Assembly: GCA_031261245.1 (NCBI GenBank)
Contig: JAISKU010000100.1
Span: 1 to 32,511, forward strand
Direction of reading: 5' to 3'
Source: Oscillospiraceae bacterium
GTDB lineage: Bacteria > Bacillota > Clostridia > Oscillospirales > Oscillospiraceae
Length of the DNA: 32,511 nt
Position numbers and translations under genes: made by a program
The notes under the pieces: model-generated
Databases searched by the model: none
Told to the model about the DNA's origin: nothing
The model's input: the letters and a program-made list of their open reading frames with translations, nothing else
Part shown: in pieces, positions 21,597-32,511 of the stretch
Layout of the letters: every line of letters begins with the position of its first letter
Numbering within the stretch: the stretch's first letter is position 1

Positions 21597-22292
21597 ATGA
21601 TTTCTGCTGCGCTTGCGCTCTTTTTCACGTCTCCGTTTCTCATGCTGCGCATGTCGGACGGCGGCGGCGCGTTCCAAAAACCCCTCTCGCCCGCGGAGGA
21701 GCGGGAGTATATCGACCGCATGATCGCCGGCGACGCCGACGCGCGCCGCGTGCTGATTGAGCGCAATCTGCGCCTCGTCGCGCACATCATGAAGAAGTAT
21801 TACACACAGGAAAACGACAAGGAGGATCTCATCTCCATCGGCACAATCGGGCTCATCAAGGGCATCTCCACCTACAACCCCGAGAAAAAAGTCCACCTGT
21901 CCACCTACGCCAGCCGCTGCATCGAAAACGAAATACTCATGCACTTCCGCGGCCGTAAAAAATCCGGCGGCGACGTGTCGCTGTCCGACCCCATCGACAC
22001 CGACCGCGAGGGCAACGCGCTCACGCTCATCGACCTGATAAGCGTCGAGGACGACATGCTTGAGAGCATCTCCGCCGAGGAGACGCGCAGCCGTCTGGAG
22101 CGCTATATCCGCGAGTCGCTCACCCCGCGCGAGTCGGAGATCATCGCCCAGCGCTACGGACTGCGCGGCCTCGCGCCCCGCACACAGCGCGAGGTGGCGG
22201 CGGAGCGCGGCATCTCGCGCTCCTACGTGTCGCGCATCGAAAAAAAGGCGCTCGAAAAGCTGCGGGAGCGCTTCCTCGACGAGGACGTATAA
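21597..22292 (+). CDS. sigK: Sporulation sigma factor, pro-sigma-K type (uninterrupted)
   Basis: 231 aa. Hydrophobic pro-peptide MISAALALFFTSPFLMLR..FQKPLSPAEE. LIERNLRLVAHIMKKY, GTIGLIKGI, CIENEILMH, DVSLSDPIDTDREGNALTLIDLI and TQREVAAERGISRSYVSRIEKKALEKL match B. subtilis SigK better than SigE at the diagnostic positions, as I recall those sequences. Confidence 0.7.
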   Translation: MISAALALFFTSPFLMLRMSDGGGAFQKPLSPAEEREYIDRMIAGDADARRVLIERNLRLVAHIMKKYYTQENDKEDLISIGTIGLIKGISTYNPEKKVHLSTYASRCIENEILMHFRGRKKSGGDVSLSDPIDTDREGNALTLIDLISVEDDMLESISAEETRSRLERYIRESLTPRESEIIAQRYGLRGLAPRTQREVAAERGISRSYVSRIEKKALEKLRERFLDEDV

Positions 22293-22307
22293 TCTGCCAA
22301 AATAGTA

Positions 22308-22336
22308 TTGACAACACGTCACAAAAAGGGTATATT
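22308..22336 (+). promoter_or_regulatory. Sigma-A-type promoter for the GGDEF gene
   Basis: TTGACA (22308..22313) - 17 nt - TATATT (22331..22336). GGAGGG SD before GTG 22381. Confidence 0.55.
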
Positions 22337-22380
22337 TTTACTATACTTACAGAGTTTAGTAACAGAGCGGAGGGTTCAGG

Positions 22381-23949
22381 GTGACGACAAACACGCTTAT
22401 TATCATATTTCTGTTCATAAGCTTTGTGACGAACGTCTTTCTGCTCTTCGTCACCGTACACAACTGTCGAAGCGAGAAGAAAAACTGGTTCGTGTTCTGC
22501 CTGATCTCGACCGTGTTCTTCATTCTCGGCAACTTCATGGAGGGCATAAGCCACTCCACGGAGGCCGCGCTGAGCGGCGTTAAGGTCATGTACGTCGGCG
22601 CGTGCTATATGGCGCCGCTCTTCCTGCTGTTCACGATGGACTACTGCGAAATCAACCTCAAGCGCAAGCTGCTGCATAAGCTGCTGCGCACGCTCCTGCT
22701 CGCGCTCCCGACCGTCAACCTCTTCCTCGTGTGGACGACGGAGTACACGCGCCTCATATACAAGGAATTCACGTTCACGGCGGACGCGACAGTCCGCGGC
22801 CTTCAGATCGTGTCGCAGGGGCCGCTCTACTACCTCGTCTACGGCACCGCGCTCGTGTGCATTCTCGCCTCCATCGCCATCGCCGTCGCGCGCATGATCA
22901 AGTGGAACAGGCGCGCCCGCCTCTCGCTCTTCCTGCTGCTCATAAGCGGCGCGGCGCCGCTTATCGCCAACGGCCTGTATATCCTCAGCTCGTACATATT
23001 CAAGACGGATCTTCACGGCGTGAACCTCACGCCGTTCGCCCTCGTCGTCACTTACATACTCTTCTACGTAAACGTGCTGCGGTACGACCTCTTCGATTTC
23101 ACGCCGCGCGCCCGCTCCGCCACGCTCGACATGATACGCGACGGGATCCTGTTCCTCGACACGCAGCTCAACTACACCTCCTCGAACGCGATTGCCAGGT
23201 CGCTCTTCCCGGGACTGCGCGCGTTCGGCAAGGGCCGCCCGATTGCGGAGCTCCCCGAGTGGCCGGAGGAGCTGCGCGGACTCGACGCGGGCGAATCCGG
23301 CAAAAATATCCGGTTTAGCCTCCCCGGCGCGGACGGCGGCGACGCGCACGTGTTCAACGCGTGGGTCAACACGGTGCGAAGCGGCGACAAGGCACTCAGC
23401 GTCGTCATTATCATACAGGACGTCACGGACAACATTCTGCTGATGCAGCGGCTCGAGGACGCGGCGTATACGGACGGCCTCACGGGCCTGTACAACCGCA
23501 AGCATTTTATGGAGCTCGTCTCCATGCAGCTGGAGCACGCGCGCCGCGCCGACACACGCTCCTGCTTCCTGCTCTTCGACCTCGACCTCTTCAAAAACGT
23601 AAACGACACGTTCGGCCACCTCGCCGGTGATGAGGTGCTGCGCTTCGTCGCGCAAAATGTGCGCCGGACGGTGCGCGCCTACGACCTCGTCGCGAGGTAC
23701 GGCGGGGAGGAATTCGTCGTGTTCCTCGCCGACACGGACGCGGAGCTCGCGGCGCGCCTTGCGGAGCGCATACGCGAGAATATCGCCGCCGCCCCCTGCG
23801 TCTACGAGGATATTGAGATACCCGTCACGTGCAGCATCGGCGTCACGCAGACGCGCGGCGACGATTCGATTGACGACGTGCTAAAACGCGCCGACTCGGC
23901 GATGTACCGCGCAAAGGAGACGGGCCGCAACCGCGTCTGCGTCCTGTAA
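22381..23949 (+). CDS. Membrane-bound diguanylate cyclase (N-terminal multi-TM sensor, PAS-like linker, GGDEF domain)
   Basis: 522 aa. About 7 hydrophobic helices in the first 230 aa. GGDEF domain: YTDGLTGLYNRKHF, LFDLDLFKNVNDTFGHLAGDEVL, active site RYGGEEFVVFL with an RxxD I-site (RAYD) 5 residues upstream, and ADSAMYRAKETGRNRV. Confidence 0.85.
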   Translation: MTTNTLIIIFLFISFVTNVFLLFVTVHNCRSEKKNWFVFCLISTVFFILGNFMEGISHSTEAALSGVKVMYVGACYMAPLFLLFTMDYCEINLKRKLLHKLLRTLLLALPTVNLFLVWTTEYTRLIYKEFTFTADATVRGLQIVSQGPLYYLVYGTALVCILASIAIAVARMIKWNRRARLSLFLLLISGAAPLIANGLYILSSYIFKTDLHGVNLTPFALVVTYILFYVNVLRYDLFDFTPRARSATLDMIRDGILFLDTQLNYTSSNAIARSLFPGLRAFGKGRPIAELPEWPEELRGLDAGESGKNIRFSLPGADGGDAHVFNAWVNTVRSGDKALSVVIIIQDVTDNILLMQRLEDAAYTDGLTGLYNRKHFMELVSMQLEHARRADTRSCFLLFDLDLFKNVNDTFGHLAGDEVLRFVAQNVRRTVRAYDLVARYGGEEFVVFLADTDAELAARLAERIRENIAAAPCVYEDIEIPVTCSIGVTQTRGDDSIDDVLKRADSAMYRAKETGRNRVCVL

Positions 23950-23964
23950 GCGCATTTTCAAGCC

Positions 23965-24001
23965 AAAAAAAGGGCGTCCGCCGTGGCGGACGCCCCTTTT
24001 T
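23965..24001. terminator. Bidirectional rho-independent terminator between the convergent GGDEF gene and atpC
   Basis: A7-GGGCGTCCGCC / GGCGGACGCCC-CT5: an 11-bp GC stem flanked by an A tract on one side and a T tract on the other. Confidence 0.8.
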
Positions 24002-24014
24002 ACGCGTTTTTTCC

Positions 24015-24428
24015 CTATTTTCGCTTCAGCCTCGTCACGCGCAGACGCTCCACGGCGCGCGACAGGTCGATTTTTGACCGCTGGTACTCCGCCATGCTCC
24101 GCTTCTGCCGCAGCTGCTCCTCCGCGCGCAAAAGCGCCTCCTCGGCGCGCCTCGCGTCTATCTCGTCCGGCCACTCGCACGTCTGCACGAACATCATCAC
24201 GCCGTTTCGCCGCACGTCCACAAACCCCTCGGAGGAGAACGCCTCGACCCACGTCCCGTCCGCCTTTTTTATGCGCGTGGTGGACACCTCGACGGGCGAA
24301 ATAAGCGGCGTGTGATCCGCCATAAACGTCGCGGAGCCGTCCGGCAACGTGACGTAAAGCGCCTCGACCTTATCCGAGAAAAACAGCCTCTCCGGCGTAA
24401 AAATATTCAATTCAAATAATTTCGCCAT
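24015..24428 (-). CDS. atpC: F1 ATP synthase epsilon subunit
   Basis: 137 aa. N-terminal beta-sandwich pattern (LNIFTPERLFFSDKVEALYVTLPDGSATFMADHTPL) and C-terminal helical hairpin (DEIDARRAEEALLRAEEQL). Last gene of the atp operon. Confidence 0.85.
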   Translation of the reverse strand: MAKLFELNIFTPERLFFSDKVEALYVTLPDGSATFMADHTPLISPVEVSTTRIKKADGTWVEAFSSEGFVDVRRNGVMMFVQTCEWPDEIDARRAEEALLRAEEQLRQKRSMAEYQRSKIDLSRAVERLRVTRLKRK

Positions 24429-24460
24429 ATGTCACCTCGCGGTTCGCTTCGTCTTGCGTC

Positions 24461-24780
24461 CTTGCCGTAGGGGTCGATGTCCACATCGACCCGCCGTCCC
24501 TTTATCGACCCGCCGTCCCTTTATCGCCCGCCGTCCCCTTATCGCCCGTCGTACCCTTTATCGCCCCCGCGCGGCGGGGGAGATGTCGGCGCAGCCGACA
24601 GAGGGGGTTCTTCGACAGAGGGGGCGCAAATTTTGCTTGCCGTAGGGGTCGATGTCCACATCGACCCGCCAATTTTACAATCGACCCGCCAAATTTACAA
24701 TCGACCCGCCAAATTTACAATCGACCCGCCAAATTTACAAAAATTGTTCAACACGGGTCGATGTGGACATCGACCCCTAC
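24461..24780. repeat. Composite intergenic repeat element: three copies of a 26-nt palindromic unit plus two tandem-repeat blocks
   Basis: CTTGCCGTAGGGGTCGATGTCCACATCGACCCGCC is identical at 24461..24495 and 24636..24670. Its core, GTAGGGGTCGATGTCCACATCGACCC, recurs as an exact reverse complement at 24755..24780. The core contains the 10-bp-arm palindrome GGGTCGATGT cc ACATCGACCC. Tandem block A has 4 units of 18-19 bp (GTCCCTTTATCGACCCGCC-like, 24496..24568). Tandem block B has 3.5 units of 20 bp (AAATTTACAATCGACCCGCC, 24671..24740). Confidence 0.9.
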
Positions 24781-24782
24781 AA

Positions 24783-27049
<2,267 letters not shown>

Positions 27050-27063
<14 letters not shown>

Positions 27064-28798
27064 TTATCCGCTCCTCCTCCGCGAGGAAGCGCTCAAAATG
27101 GCGCTCCAAGTCCGTCCTGTCGAAATCCGCGAGCGCGCCGGTCGAATCTATGCTCTGCATGATGTACGCCGCGTTCTCGCGCAGGTATTTCAAAAGCCTC
27201 GCCTCCGTCGCGTCCACGTCGCGCCTCGCGCACGACTTGAAAACGCCGTTCGTGGAGGCGAGCAGGATACACACCTGCTCCGACAGCGGGTGAAGCTGCT
27301 CCACGGGCTGCCGCAGCAGCTCCATAAGCCTCTCGCCGTTACTGAGCATATCCGCCGTCGTGCTGTCGATGTCCGCGCCGAACTGCGCGAAAACCGCCAT
27401 GTCGCGATACTGCGCGACCTCGAGGCGCAGAGAGCCCGAAACCGCCCTCATCGCCTTGTGCTGCGCCGCGCGGCCGACGCGCGACACGGACAGGCCGACG
27501 TTCACCGCCGGGCGCGTCCCCGCGTTAAAAAGCTCGCTCTCCAGATAAATCTGCCCGTCGGTGATGGATATCACGTTCGTCGGAATATACGCGGAGATGT
27601 CCCCCGCCATCGTCTCGACAATCGGAAGCGCCGTTATGCTGCCTCCGCCGAGCTCGGGGGCGAGCCTCGCCGCCCGCTCCAGCAGCCGCGAGTGCAGGTA
27701 GAACACGTCGCCCGGGTACGCCTCGCGCCCCGACGGACGCCGTAGCAGCAGCGACATCTGCCGGTACGCCACCGCGTGCTTCGACAGGTCGTCGTAGACG
27801 ATCAGCACATCTCTCCCGGAGTGCATGAACTCCTCCGCGACGGCGCACGCCGCGTACGGCGCGATATACTGCATCGCCGCCGTCGCGCTGCCGTTCGCCG
27901 CAACTATAACCGTGTTCTGCAGCGCGTCGTTGCCCTTCAGCATCCTCGCGAGCTCCGACACCGTGGACGCCTTCTGCCCTATGGCGCAGTAGACGCACAG
28001 GACGCCCTTGCCGCGCTGGTTCATTATCGCCTGAAGCGCAATCGACGTCTTGCCCGTCTGCCTGTCGCCGATTATCAGCTCGCGCTGTCCGCGCCCTATC
28101 GGAATCATGCTGTCTATCGCCAGAATCCCCGTCTCAAGCGGCGTGTCCACCGCCGCGCGCTGCATAATCGTCGGCGCGGGCGACTCCACGGGCCGCGTCC
28201 TGTTCGTTTTAAGCGGTCTGCCGTCTATCGGCCGGCCCAGCGGGTCCACGATTCTTCCGAGAAGCTCCGTCCCCACGCCTATCTCCGCCACGCGCCCCGT
28301 CGGATGCACGACGCTCGCGGTAGAGACGGTGCCGTCCAGCAGCGCCGCGCCCACCCCGTCGATGTGCAGGTCGAGAGTTAGCCCGATCGCCCCGCCGTCG
28401 AAGTCGAGAAGCTCGCCGTATTTACAGCCCGAGAGCCCGGAGATGTGCACAATCCCGTCGGCGAAGCTCGTCACCTCGCCGTAGTTGTACACGCGCGCCG
28501 GCGCGCTCGCCTTCATCGCCCGCTGTTTGAGCAGCGCGCCCACCGTCGCGAACGAGGACGCCGCCTCGCCGCCGCCCGCGTCGCTTGTAAGCGACTCGGA
28601 CAGCTCGTGCAGACGCGAGGAAAAGCTCGCGTCGTAGACGCGCCCGTTTATTATGGCGATAAATCCGCCCGTAATCTTGCCGTCCTCAATGACGTCGAAG
28701 TCCGGCTCCTCGCCGAGCTTATCGCGGAAGCCCGCGGTAACGGCGGCGATGCCGTCCCTGTCGTCGCGTGAGGCGACAATCAATATTGGTCTTGCCAT
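27050..28798 (-). CDS. atpA: F1 ATP synthase alpha subunit carrying an N-terminal delta (OSCP) C-terminal-domain-like extension of ~80 aa
   Basis: 582 aa. The alpha part starts near residue 82 (SSFATVGALLKQRA...) with Walker A GDRQTGKT, VYDDLSKHA and ITDGQIYLES. Residues ~3-75 (ILIVASRDDRDGIAAVTAGFRDKLGEEPDFDVIEDGKITGGFIAIINGRVYDASFSSRLHELSESL) align by eye to the C-terminal domain of B. subtilis AtpH (...[33 protein letters not shown]). GAGGAG SD; the ATG lies 3 nt after the atpF stop. Confidence 0.85.
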
Positions 28799-28801
28799 TA
28801 T

Positions 28802-29275
28802 TTACTCCTCAAAGAAATCGCGTGCCGCTGAGATGTTGTCGTCGAGGGACACCTCGCGGCGCAAAATCCGCGACGCCATCTCCGTCGCGAGCTGCGCGAT
28901 ATCGTGGCGCGCGGCGTTCACCGCGTCCTGCCGCTCGGCGTCGATCCGCTCCTTCGCGTCGGAGAGCATTTTCTCCGCCTGCCCCTTCGCCGCGTCCGTT
29001 ATCTCCGTCGCCTGCGCGCCCGCGCGTATCTGCGAGTCGCGCATAATCTCGCGCCCGCGCTCCTCGAGGTCGCTTATGCTCTTCTCGTACTCCGCGCGCA
29101 TCTCCTCCGCCTCGGACTTCGTGCGCGCCGCGTCGTCGAGCTCCTCCTTGACGCGCCCGGCGCGCGCCTCGAGGTACTTCGTCATCGGCCGCCACAGAAT
29201 CAGGCGTAGCAGAACAAACAGCACGAGGATGTTGACACAGTGCAGCAGTACGTCTACAGGTTCCAAGCCTTCCAT
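28802..29275 (-). CDS. atpF: Fo ATP synthase b subunit
   Basis: 157 aa. A single N-terminal TM helix (VNILVLFVLLRLILWRP) is followed by a long charged helix (YLEARAGRVKEELDDAARTKSEAEEMRAEYEK...). Confidence 0.85.
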   Translation of the reverse strand: MEGLEPVDVLLHCVNILVLFVLLRLILWRPMTKYLEARAGRVKEELDDAARTKSEAEEMRAEYEKSISDLEERGREIMRDSQIRAGAQATEITDAAKGQAEKMLSDAKERIDAERQDAVNAARHDIAQLATEMASRILRREVSLDDNISAARDFFEE

Positions 29276-29288
29276 AAAGAGGCCTCCT

Positions 29289-29507
29289 TCAGTCTATCTT
29301 CGTGAACAGCATCAGAAGCGCGGTCACGAACCCGTAGATTGCCGTCGCCTCCGTAAGCGCCATGCCGAGCAGCATTATCGAGTTGATCTTGCCCGACGCC
29401 TCCGGCTGACGCGCCACCGCGTCCACCGCCTTACCGGTTGCGAGCCCCATCGAGATCGCCGCCGCGACGCAGGGCAGAAAACACAAAGCTACAGCAAAAA
29501 GTTCCAT
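29289..29507 (-). CDS. atpE: Fo ATP synthase c subunit
   Basis: 72 aa. Helical hairpin with the ARQPEA loop and the carboxylate in LGMALTEATAIYGFV. Confidence 0.9.
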   Translation of the reverse strand: MELFAVALCFLPCVAAAISMGLATGKAVDAVARQPEASGKINSIMLLGMALTEATAIYGFVTALLMLFTKID

Positions 29508-29538
29508 GATTGATTACTCCTTTTATTTGTTGAATGAT

Positions 29539-30423
29539 TTATTCCACGGCCTCTTTTATGAATGTAAGAGACAAGGTGACAAATATAAACGCCTGAAGCA
29601 GCGGGTGGAACACGTTGAAGTACAGCCCGATTACGCTCGGTATCCCCACGGCGTTGTTGCCGAGCGCGGAGTACAGCAGATCCATGATTATCATGCCGCC
29701 GAGCATGTTGCCGAACAGCCGCGCCGCGAGCGACACGGGTATCGCGAAATCCGTGATGATCTTTATCGGCAGCACGATCGGCGTCGGCTGCGCGAGGGAT
29801 TTTATCCGCCCCGCGACGCCCTTCTTTTTCACGCCGTATATATTAATAAGTATAAACGTGATGATCCCGAGCCCGAGCGTGAACGTCACGTCGCTCGCCG
29901 GCGTGCGTATCCCGAACAGCTCCAAAACCGCGCACCCGACGAGCAGCGCCGCCACCGCGAAGATGTAGGAGCCGAGCATCTCGCCCTCCCCGTGCACGTT
30001 TGAGCCGACGTACTTCATCACCGTCTCCACTGCCGTCTCCACGACGTTCTGCGCGCCCTTCGGCGGGTCGGACGGACGGCGCAGCACGGTAACGCGCAGC
30101 ACGATCGCCAGAACCACAAGCGCGCCCATCACCGCCCACGTCCACGCCACGGTGGAGGAGACGTTGAATCCGAAGATGTCCACGCGCGCCGCCCACGGCG
30201 AAAACGCCGACAGATCCTCGCTCTTGTGCGCGCCGAAAATTATCCCGATGACGCGCGTCGCGGCGAGGTACGCGCCGAAAACCGTCACGCACGTCGCGAG
30301 CTTACGCGCCCGCTTGTTGCGTTTTGACTGCTCCGCCGCGTATTTTTTCGCGGCAGAGCGCCGCCAAAAGAAGCCGAGCGCGGCAACGGCGAGGAAAATC
30401 GCGAGAAGAATGTAGTCGAGCAC
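29539..30423 (-). CDS. atpB: Fo ATP synthase a subunit (start uncertain; GTG 30423 proposed)
   Basis: The C-terminal part has the conserved a-subunit motif SLAARLFGNMLGGMII and FHPLLQAFIFVTLSLTF. The 400-aa track ORF has no internal ATG before the TM region, and its 5' part overlaps the upstream small membrane gene. A GTG lies 2 nt after that gene's TGA (TGAGGGTG). Confidence 0.75.
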   Translation of the reverse strand: MLDYILLAIFLAVAALGFFWRRSAAKKYAAEQSKRNKRARKLATCVTVFGAYLAATRVIGIIFGAHKSEDLSAFSPWAARVDIFGFNVSSTVAWTWAVMGALVVLAIVLRVTVLRRPSDPPKGAQNVVETAVETVMKYVGSNVHGEGEMLGSYIFAVAALLVGCAVLELFGIRTPASDVTFTLGLGIITFILINIYGVKKKGVAGRIKSLAQPTPIVLPIKIITDFAIPVSLAARLFGNMLGGMIIMDLLYSALGNNAVGIPSVIGLYFNVFHPLLQAFIFVTLSLTFIKEAVE

Positions 30424-30425
30424 CC

Positions 30426-30686
30426 TCAGCGCCCCTTTCTCATCATTATATATACAATCGCCCCGATAATCAGCGCCGCCGCTATCCCGATTCCCGCCCA
30501 AAGCAGCGCCCGCGTGTAAAATATTCCCACAAGCAGCAGCGCCGCGAACGGCAAAACCCACTGCGCGAGCCCCGCCGCGACAAATTTCCCGCCGCCGCCC
30601 GTCACGCGCGAGGTGAAAAGCAGCAGCAGCGCGAGCTGTCCGAGGCCGACAAGCACGCCGATTACAAGTCCAACGGCAATATTCAT
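30426..30686 (-). CDS. Small hydrophobic AtpI/AtpZ-like membrane protein, first gene of the atp operon
   Basis: ATG 30686 is preceded by AAGGAG + 7 nt (track ORF 30426..30731 starts further upstream). 86 aa with three hydrophobic stretches. Its position before atpB matches atpI-type genes. Confidence 0.5.
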   Translation of the reverse strand: MNIAVGLVIGVLVGLGQLALLLLFTSRVTGGGGKFVAAGLAQWVLPFAALLLVGIFYTRALLWAGIGIAAALIIGAIVYIMMRKGR

Positions 30687-30709
30687 GCACATACTCCTTA
30701 TAACCGTGT

Positions 30710-30738
30710 ATACTACTCCGTAAATTCTCAAAAATCAA
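30710..30738 (-). promoter_or_regulatory. Candidate atp operon promoter
   Basis: Minus strand reads TTGATT (30738..30733) - 17 nt - TAGTAT (30715..30710). Confidence 0.35.
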
Positions 30739-30818
30739 CAAAAATAATTAATAATAATTTTACTCCTTTCCGCCCTCTGCGTTGTGATTTTGACGTATCG
30801 GCGATATCGCCGCAACAT

Positions 30819-30847
30819 TTGACATTTCTGCGGATATAAACTATAAT
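30819..30847 (+). promoter_or_regulatory. Consensus sigma-A promoter for the ABC transporter operon
   Basis: TTGACA (30819..30824) - 17 nt - TATAAT (30842..30847). AAGGAG SD before ATG 30893. Confidence 0.65.
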
Positions 30848-30892
30848 GTCCCAACCGACAATAAATAATATAAATTGTAAGGAGCATGTCAC

Positions 30893-31699
30893 ATGAAGAG
30901 ATTCTTTTCGTCCGCGCTCGCTATCGCGCTCGTCATACTGCTCGTCGTATCCGCCGCCGCCTGCGGCGGCGCAACGGGGAAGCTCAAGAAAATCAAGTCC
31001 GCCGGCAAGATAACCGTCTACACCGACCCGAACTTCTCGCCGTTTGAGTTCCTCGGCGCGAACAGTGAGATCGTCGGCGTGGACGTCGAGATCGCAAAAG
31101 CGATCGCCGCGGAGCTCGGCGTCACCGCCGACCTCAAGGAGGGCAAGTTTGACTCGATTCTCATGTCGCTCAAGGGCGGCAAGGGCGACGTCGCAATCTC
31201 CGGCTTCACCATCACCGCCGAGCGCCGTGAGAACGTCGATTTCTCCGACCCGTATATCAACTCCGTGCAGTATCTGATCCTGCCGGAGGGCTCCGACGTC
31301 GCCGTGCTCGAGGATCTCGCCGGCAAGACCGTCGGCGTCGCCAAGGGCTACACGGGCCAGCTCCTGCTCGACGACGAGACGTCGGACGAGGGTACCCTCG
31401 GCGGCGCGAACACGACGGTGAACGCCTACAACAGCGCGATGGAGGCCGTGCTCGACCTCAACACCGGCCGCATCGTCGCCGTCGTCATGGATGAGTACGT
31501 CGCGAAAAACCTCGTCGCGAGCAACGCGGGCCTCGTCGCCATCGAGCTGCGCTACTCCGACGGAAGCCTCGCCTCCGAGGAGTACGGCGTCGCCGTCCCC
31601 AAGGGCAACGAGGACCTGCTCGCCGTCATCAACACGGTAATCGCGCGCCTTAAATCAGAGCAGAAGATAGAGCAGTGGGTCGTTGACTTCTCCTCGTGA
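30893..31699 (+). CDS. Polar amino-acid ABC transporter substrate-binding lipoprotein (family 3 SBP)
   Basis: 268 aa. Signal peptide plus lipobox-like VSAAAC. KITVYTDPNFSPFEF, DVAISGFTITAERRENVDFSDPY and VGVAKGYTG are typical of His/Gln/Arg-type binding proteins. Confidence 0.85.
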   Translation: MKRFFSSALAIALVILLVVSAAACGGATGKLKKIKSAGKITVYTDPNFSPFEFLGANSEIVGVDVEIAKAIAAELGVTADLKEGKFDSILMSLKGGKGDVAISGFTITAERRENVDFSDPYINSVQYLILPEGSDVAVLEDLAGKTVGVAKGYTGQLLLDDETSDEGTLGGANTTVNAYNSAMEAVLDLNTGRIVAVVMDEYVAKNLVASNAGLVAIELRYSDGSLASEEYGVAVPKGNEDLLAVINTVIARLKSEQKIEQWVVDFSS

Positions 31700-32400
31700 T
31701 GAAAAATCTGCTTGACTGGCTCGCGCACCAATTCACAATAACGTTTGTCACCGGCAACAGGTACAAGCTGTTCCTCACCGGTTTCCGAAACACGCTCATA
31801 ATCGCGTTCGGCGCGGTGATAATCGGCACCTTCATCGGCATAATCGTCGCGATGATCCGCGTCTACCACGCGCAGAGCGGCCGCCTTCGCGCGCTCGACA
31901 AGCTGTGCGGGGCCTACCTCGCGCTCTTTCGCGGCACACCCATCGTCGTGCAGCTTCTCATCATGTACTACATCGTGTTCACGTTCATCGACAACGGCAT
32001 CTCCATCGCCGTGCTCGCGTTCGGCATAAACTCCGGCGCGTACGTCGCGGAGATTGTCCGCGCCGGCATAATGGCTGTCGATCCCGGCCAGACGGAGGCG
32101 GGCCGCTCGCTCGGACTCCCCGCGGGACTCACCATGCGCCTCGTCGTGCTGCCGCAGGCGATAAAAAACATTCTCCCCGCCCTCGGCAATGAGCTCATCG
32201 CCCTGCTCAAGGACACGTCCGTCGCCGGCTACGTCACCGTAAAAGACCTCGCGCAGGCGGGGGAGAACGTGCGCACCCTGACGGCGGAGCCGTATTTCTC
32301 GCTCCTCTTCGTCGCGGCGGTGTACTTCGTCCTCGTCATGGGCATCACAAAAATCCTGCGCGTCGCGGAGAGGAGGCTCGCCAAAAGTGATCGTAATTGA
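31696..32400 (+). CDS. Polar amino-acid ABC transporter permease
   Basis: 234 aa; ATGA overlap with the SBP gene. RGTP..VQL motif ([16 protein letters not shown]) and EAA loop ([33 protein letters not shown]). Confidence 0.9.
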   Translation: MMKNLLDWLAHQFTITFVTGNRYKLFLTGFRNTLIIAFGAVIIGTFIGIIVAMIRVYHAQSGRLRALDKLCGAYLALFRGTPIVVQLLIMYYIVFTFIDNGISIAVLAFGINSGAYVAEIVRAGIMAVDPGQTEAGRSLGLPAGLTMRLVVLPQAIKNILPALGNELIALLKDTSVAGYVTVKDLAQAGENVRTLTAEPYFSLLFVAAVYFVLVMGITKILRVAERRLAKSDRN

Positions 32401-32511
32401 AAACCTCGTGAAGCGCTTCGGCAAGCTCACCGTGCTCGACGACGTGTCAGAGCATATCCGCCCCGGCGAAAAGGTCGCCGTCATCGGCCCCTCCGGCTCC
32501 GGCAAATCCAC
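32387..32511 (+). CDS. Amino-acid ABC transporter ATP-binding protein, N-terminal fragment (runs off the window)
   Basis: My translation from GTG 32387 gives (M)[41 protein letters not shown], i.e. Walker A GPSGSGKS. It overlaps the permease stop. Confidence 0.85.
   Translation, partial: MIVIENLVKRFGKLTVLDDVSEHIRPGEKVAVIGPSGSGKS

Noticed and set aside
22141-23655. 504-aa minus-strand ORF, plus 21579..22322 minus.
   Set aside because: They are antisense to the GGDEF cyclase and sigK, both of which have clear family motifs. No independent signals support them.
30424-30741. N-terminal extension of track ORF 29539..30741 (400-aa a subunit).
   Set aside because: The extension is Arg/Ala-rich and overlaps the hydrophobic AtpI-like gene in another frame. 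It has no ATG near the first TM helix. A GTG directly after the upstream stop is the more economical start.
31552-32511. 319-aa minus-strand ORF at the right edge.
   Set aside because: It is antisense to the ABC permease and ATPase genes, which carry EAA-loop and Walker A motifs.

Overview
GC-rich chromosomal segment, probably from a spore-forming Clostridia-type Firmicute (inferred from pro-sigma-K, copper-amine-oxidase-like stalk repeats and F-type atp operon order). It carries a visibly more AT-rich island of about 13 kb (~6.85-20.0 kb). Left flank: a translationally coupled hen1-pnkp RNA-repair pair on the minus strand (pnkp truncated by the window edge and missing from the ORF track). 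It diverges from a 3-gene plus-strand operon: a 573-aa coiled-coil protein of unknown function, a DUF2779-type nuclease and a DUF1848 Fe-S protein. Island: one promoter-to-terminator operon (6928-17368) of eight tightly coupled genes. The first three are uncharacterised accessory genes: a wHTH-like + Card1/Can2-type PD-(D/E)xK nuclease with no CARF domain, a stand-alone CARF-like protein with an acidic tail, and a Cys-rich 413-aa protein. The other five form a type III-D-variant-like effector: a minimal Cas10 with no HD and DGED in place of GGDD, a Cas7-Cas5-Cas11-like fusion, a Cas7-Cas7 fusion, a small Csx19-position protein, and a Cas7 with a large insertion. Next come two small cargo genes (a 25-aa tandem-repeat Gly/Tyr/Lys protein and a secreted 137-aa protein). 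Then a 9-repeat/8-spacer CRISPR array (36-nt repeat ending ATTGAAAC) is followed directly by cas6, whose Shine-Dalgarno lies in the mutated last repeat. No cas1/cas2 is present. Right flank: a secreted transglutaminase-like protein, sigK, a 7TM-GGDEF cyclase, a complete F1Fo atp operon on the minus strand, and the start of a polar amino-acid ABC transporter. The atp operon has a delta C-terminal domain fused to alpha and a 354-bp palindrome/tandem-repeat element between atpD and atpC. The best candidate for something undescribed is the accessory trio plus minimal Cas10, a possible split sensor/effector signalling module. A second lead is that several spacers are antisense to SD + start-codon regions. 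All family calls rest on motif recognition by eye; no searches were run.
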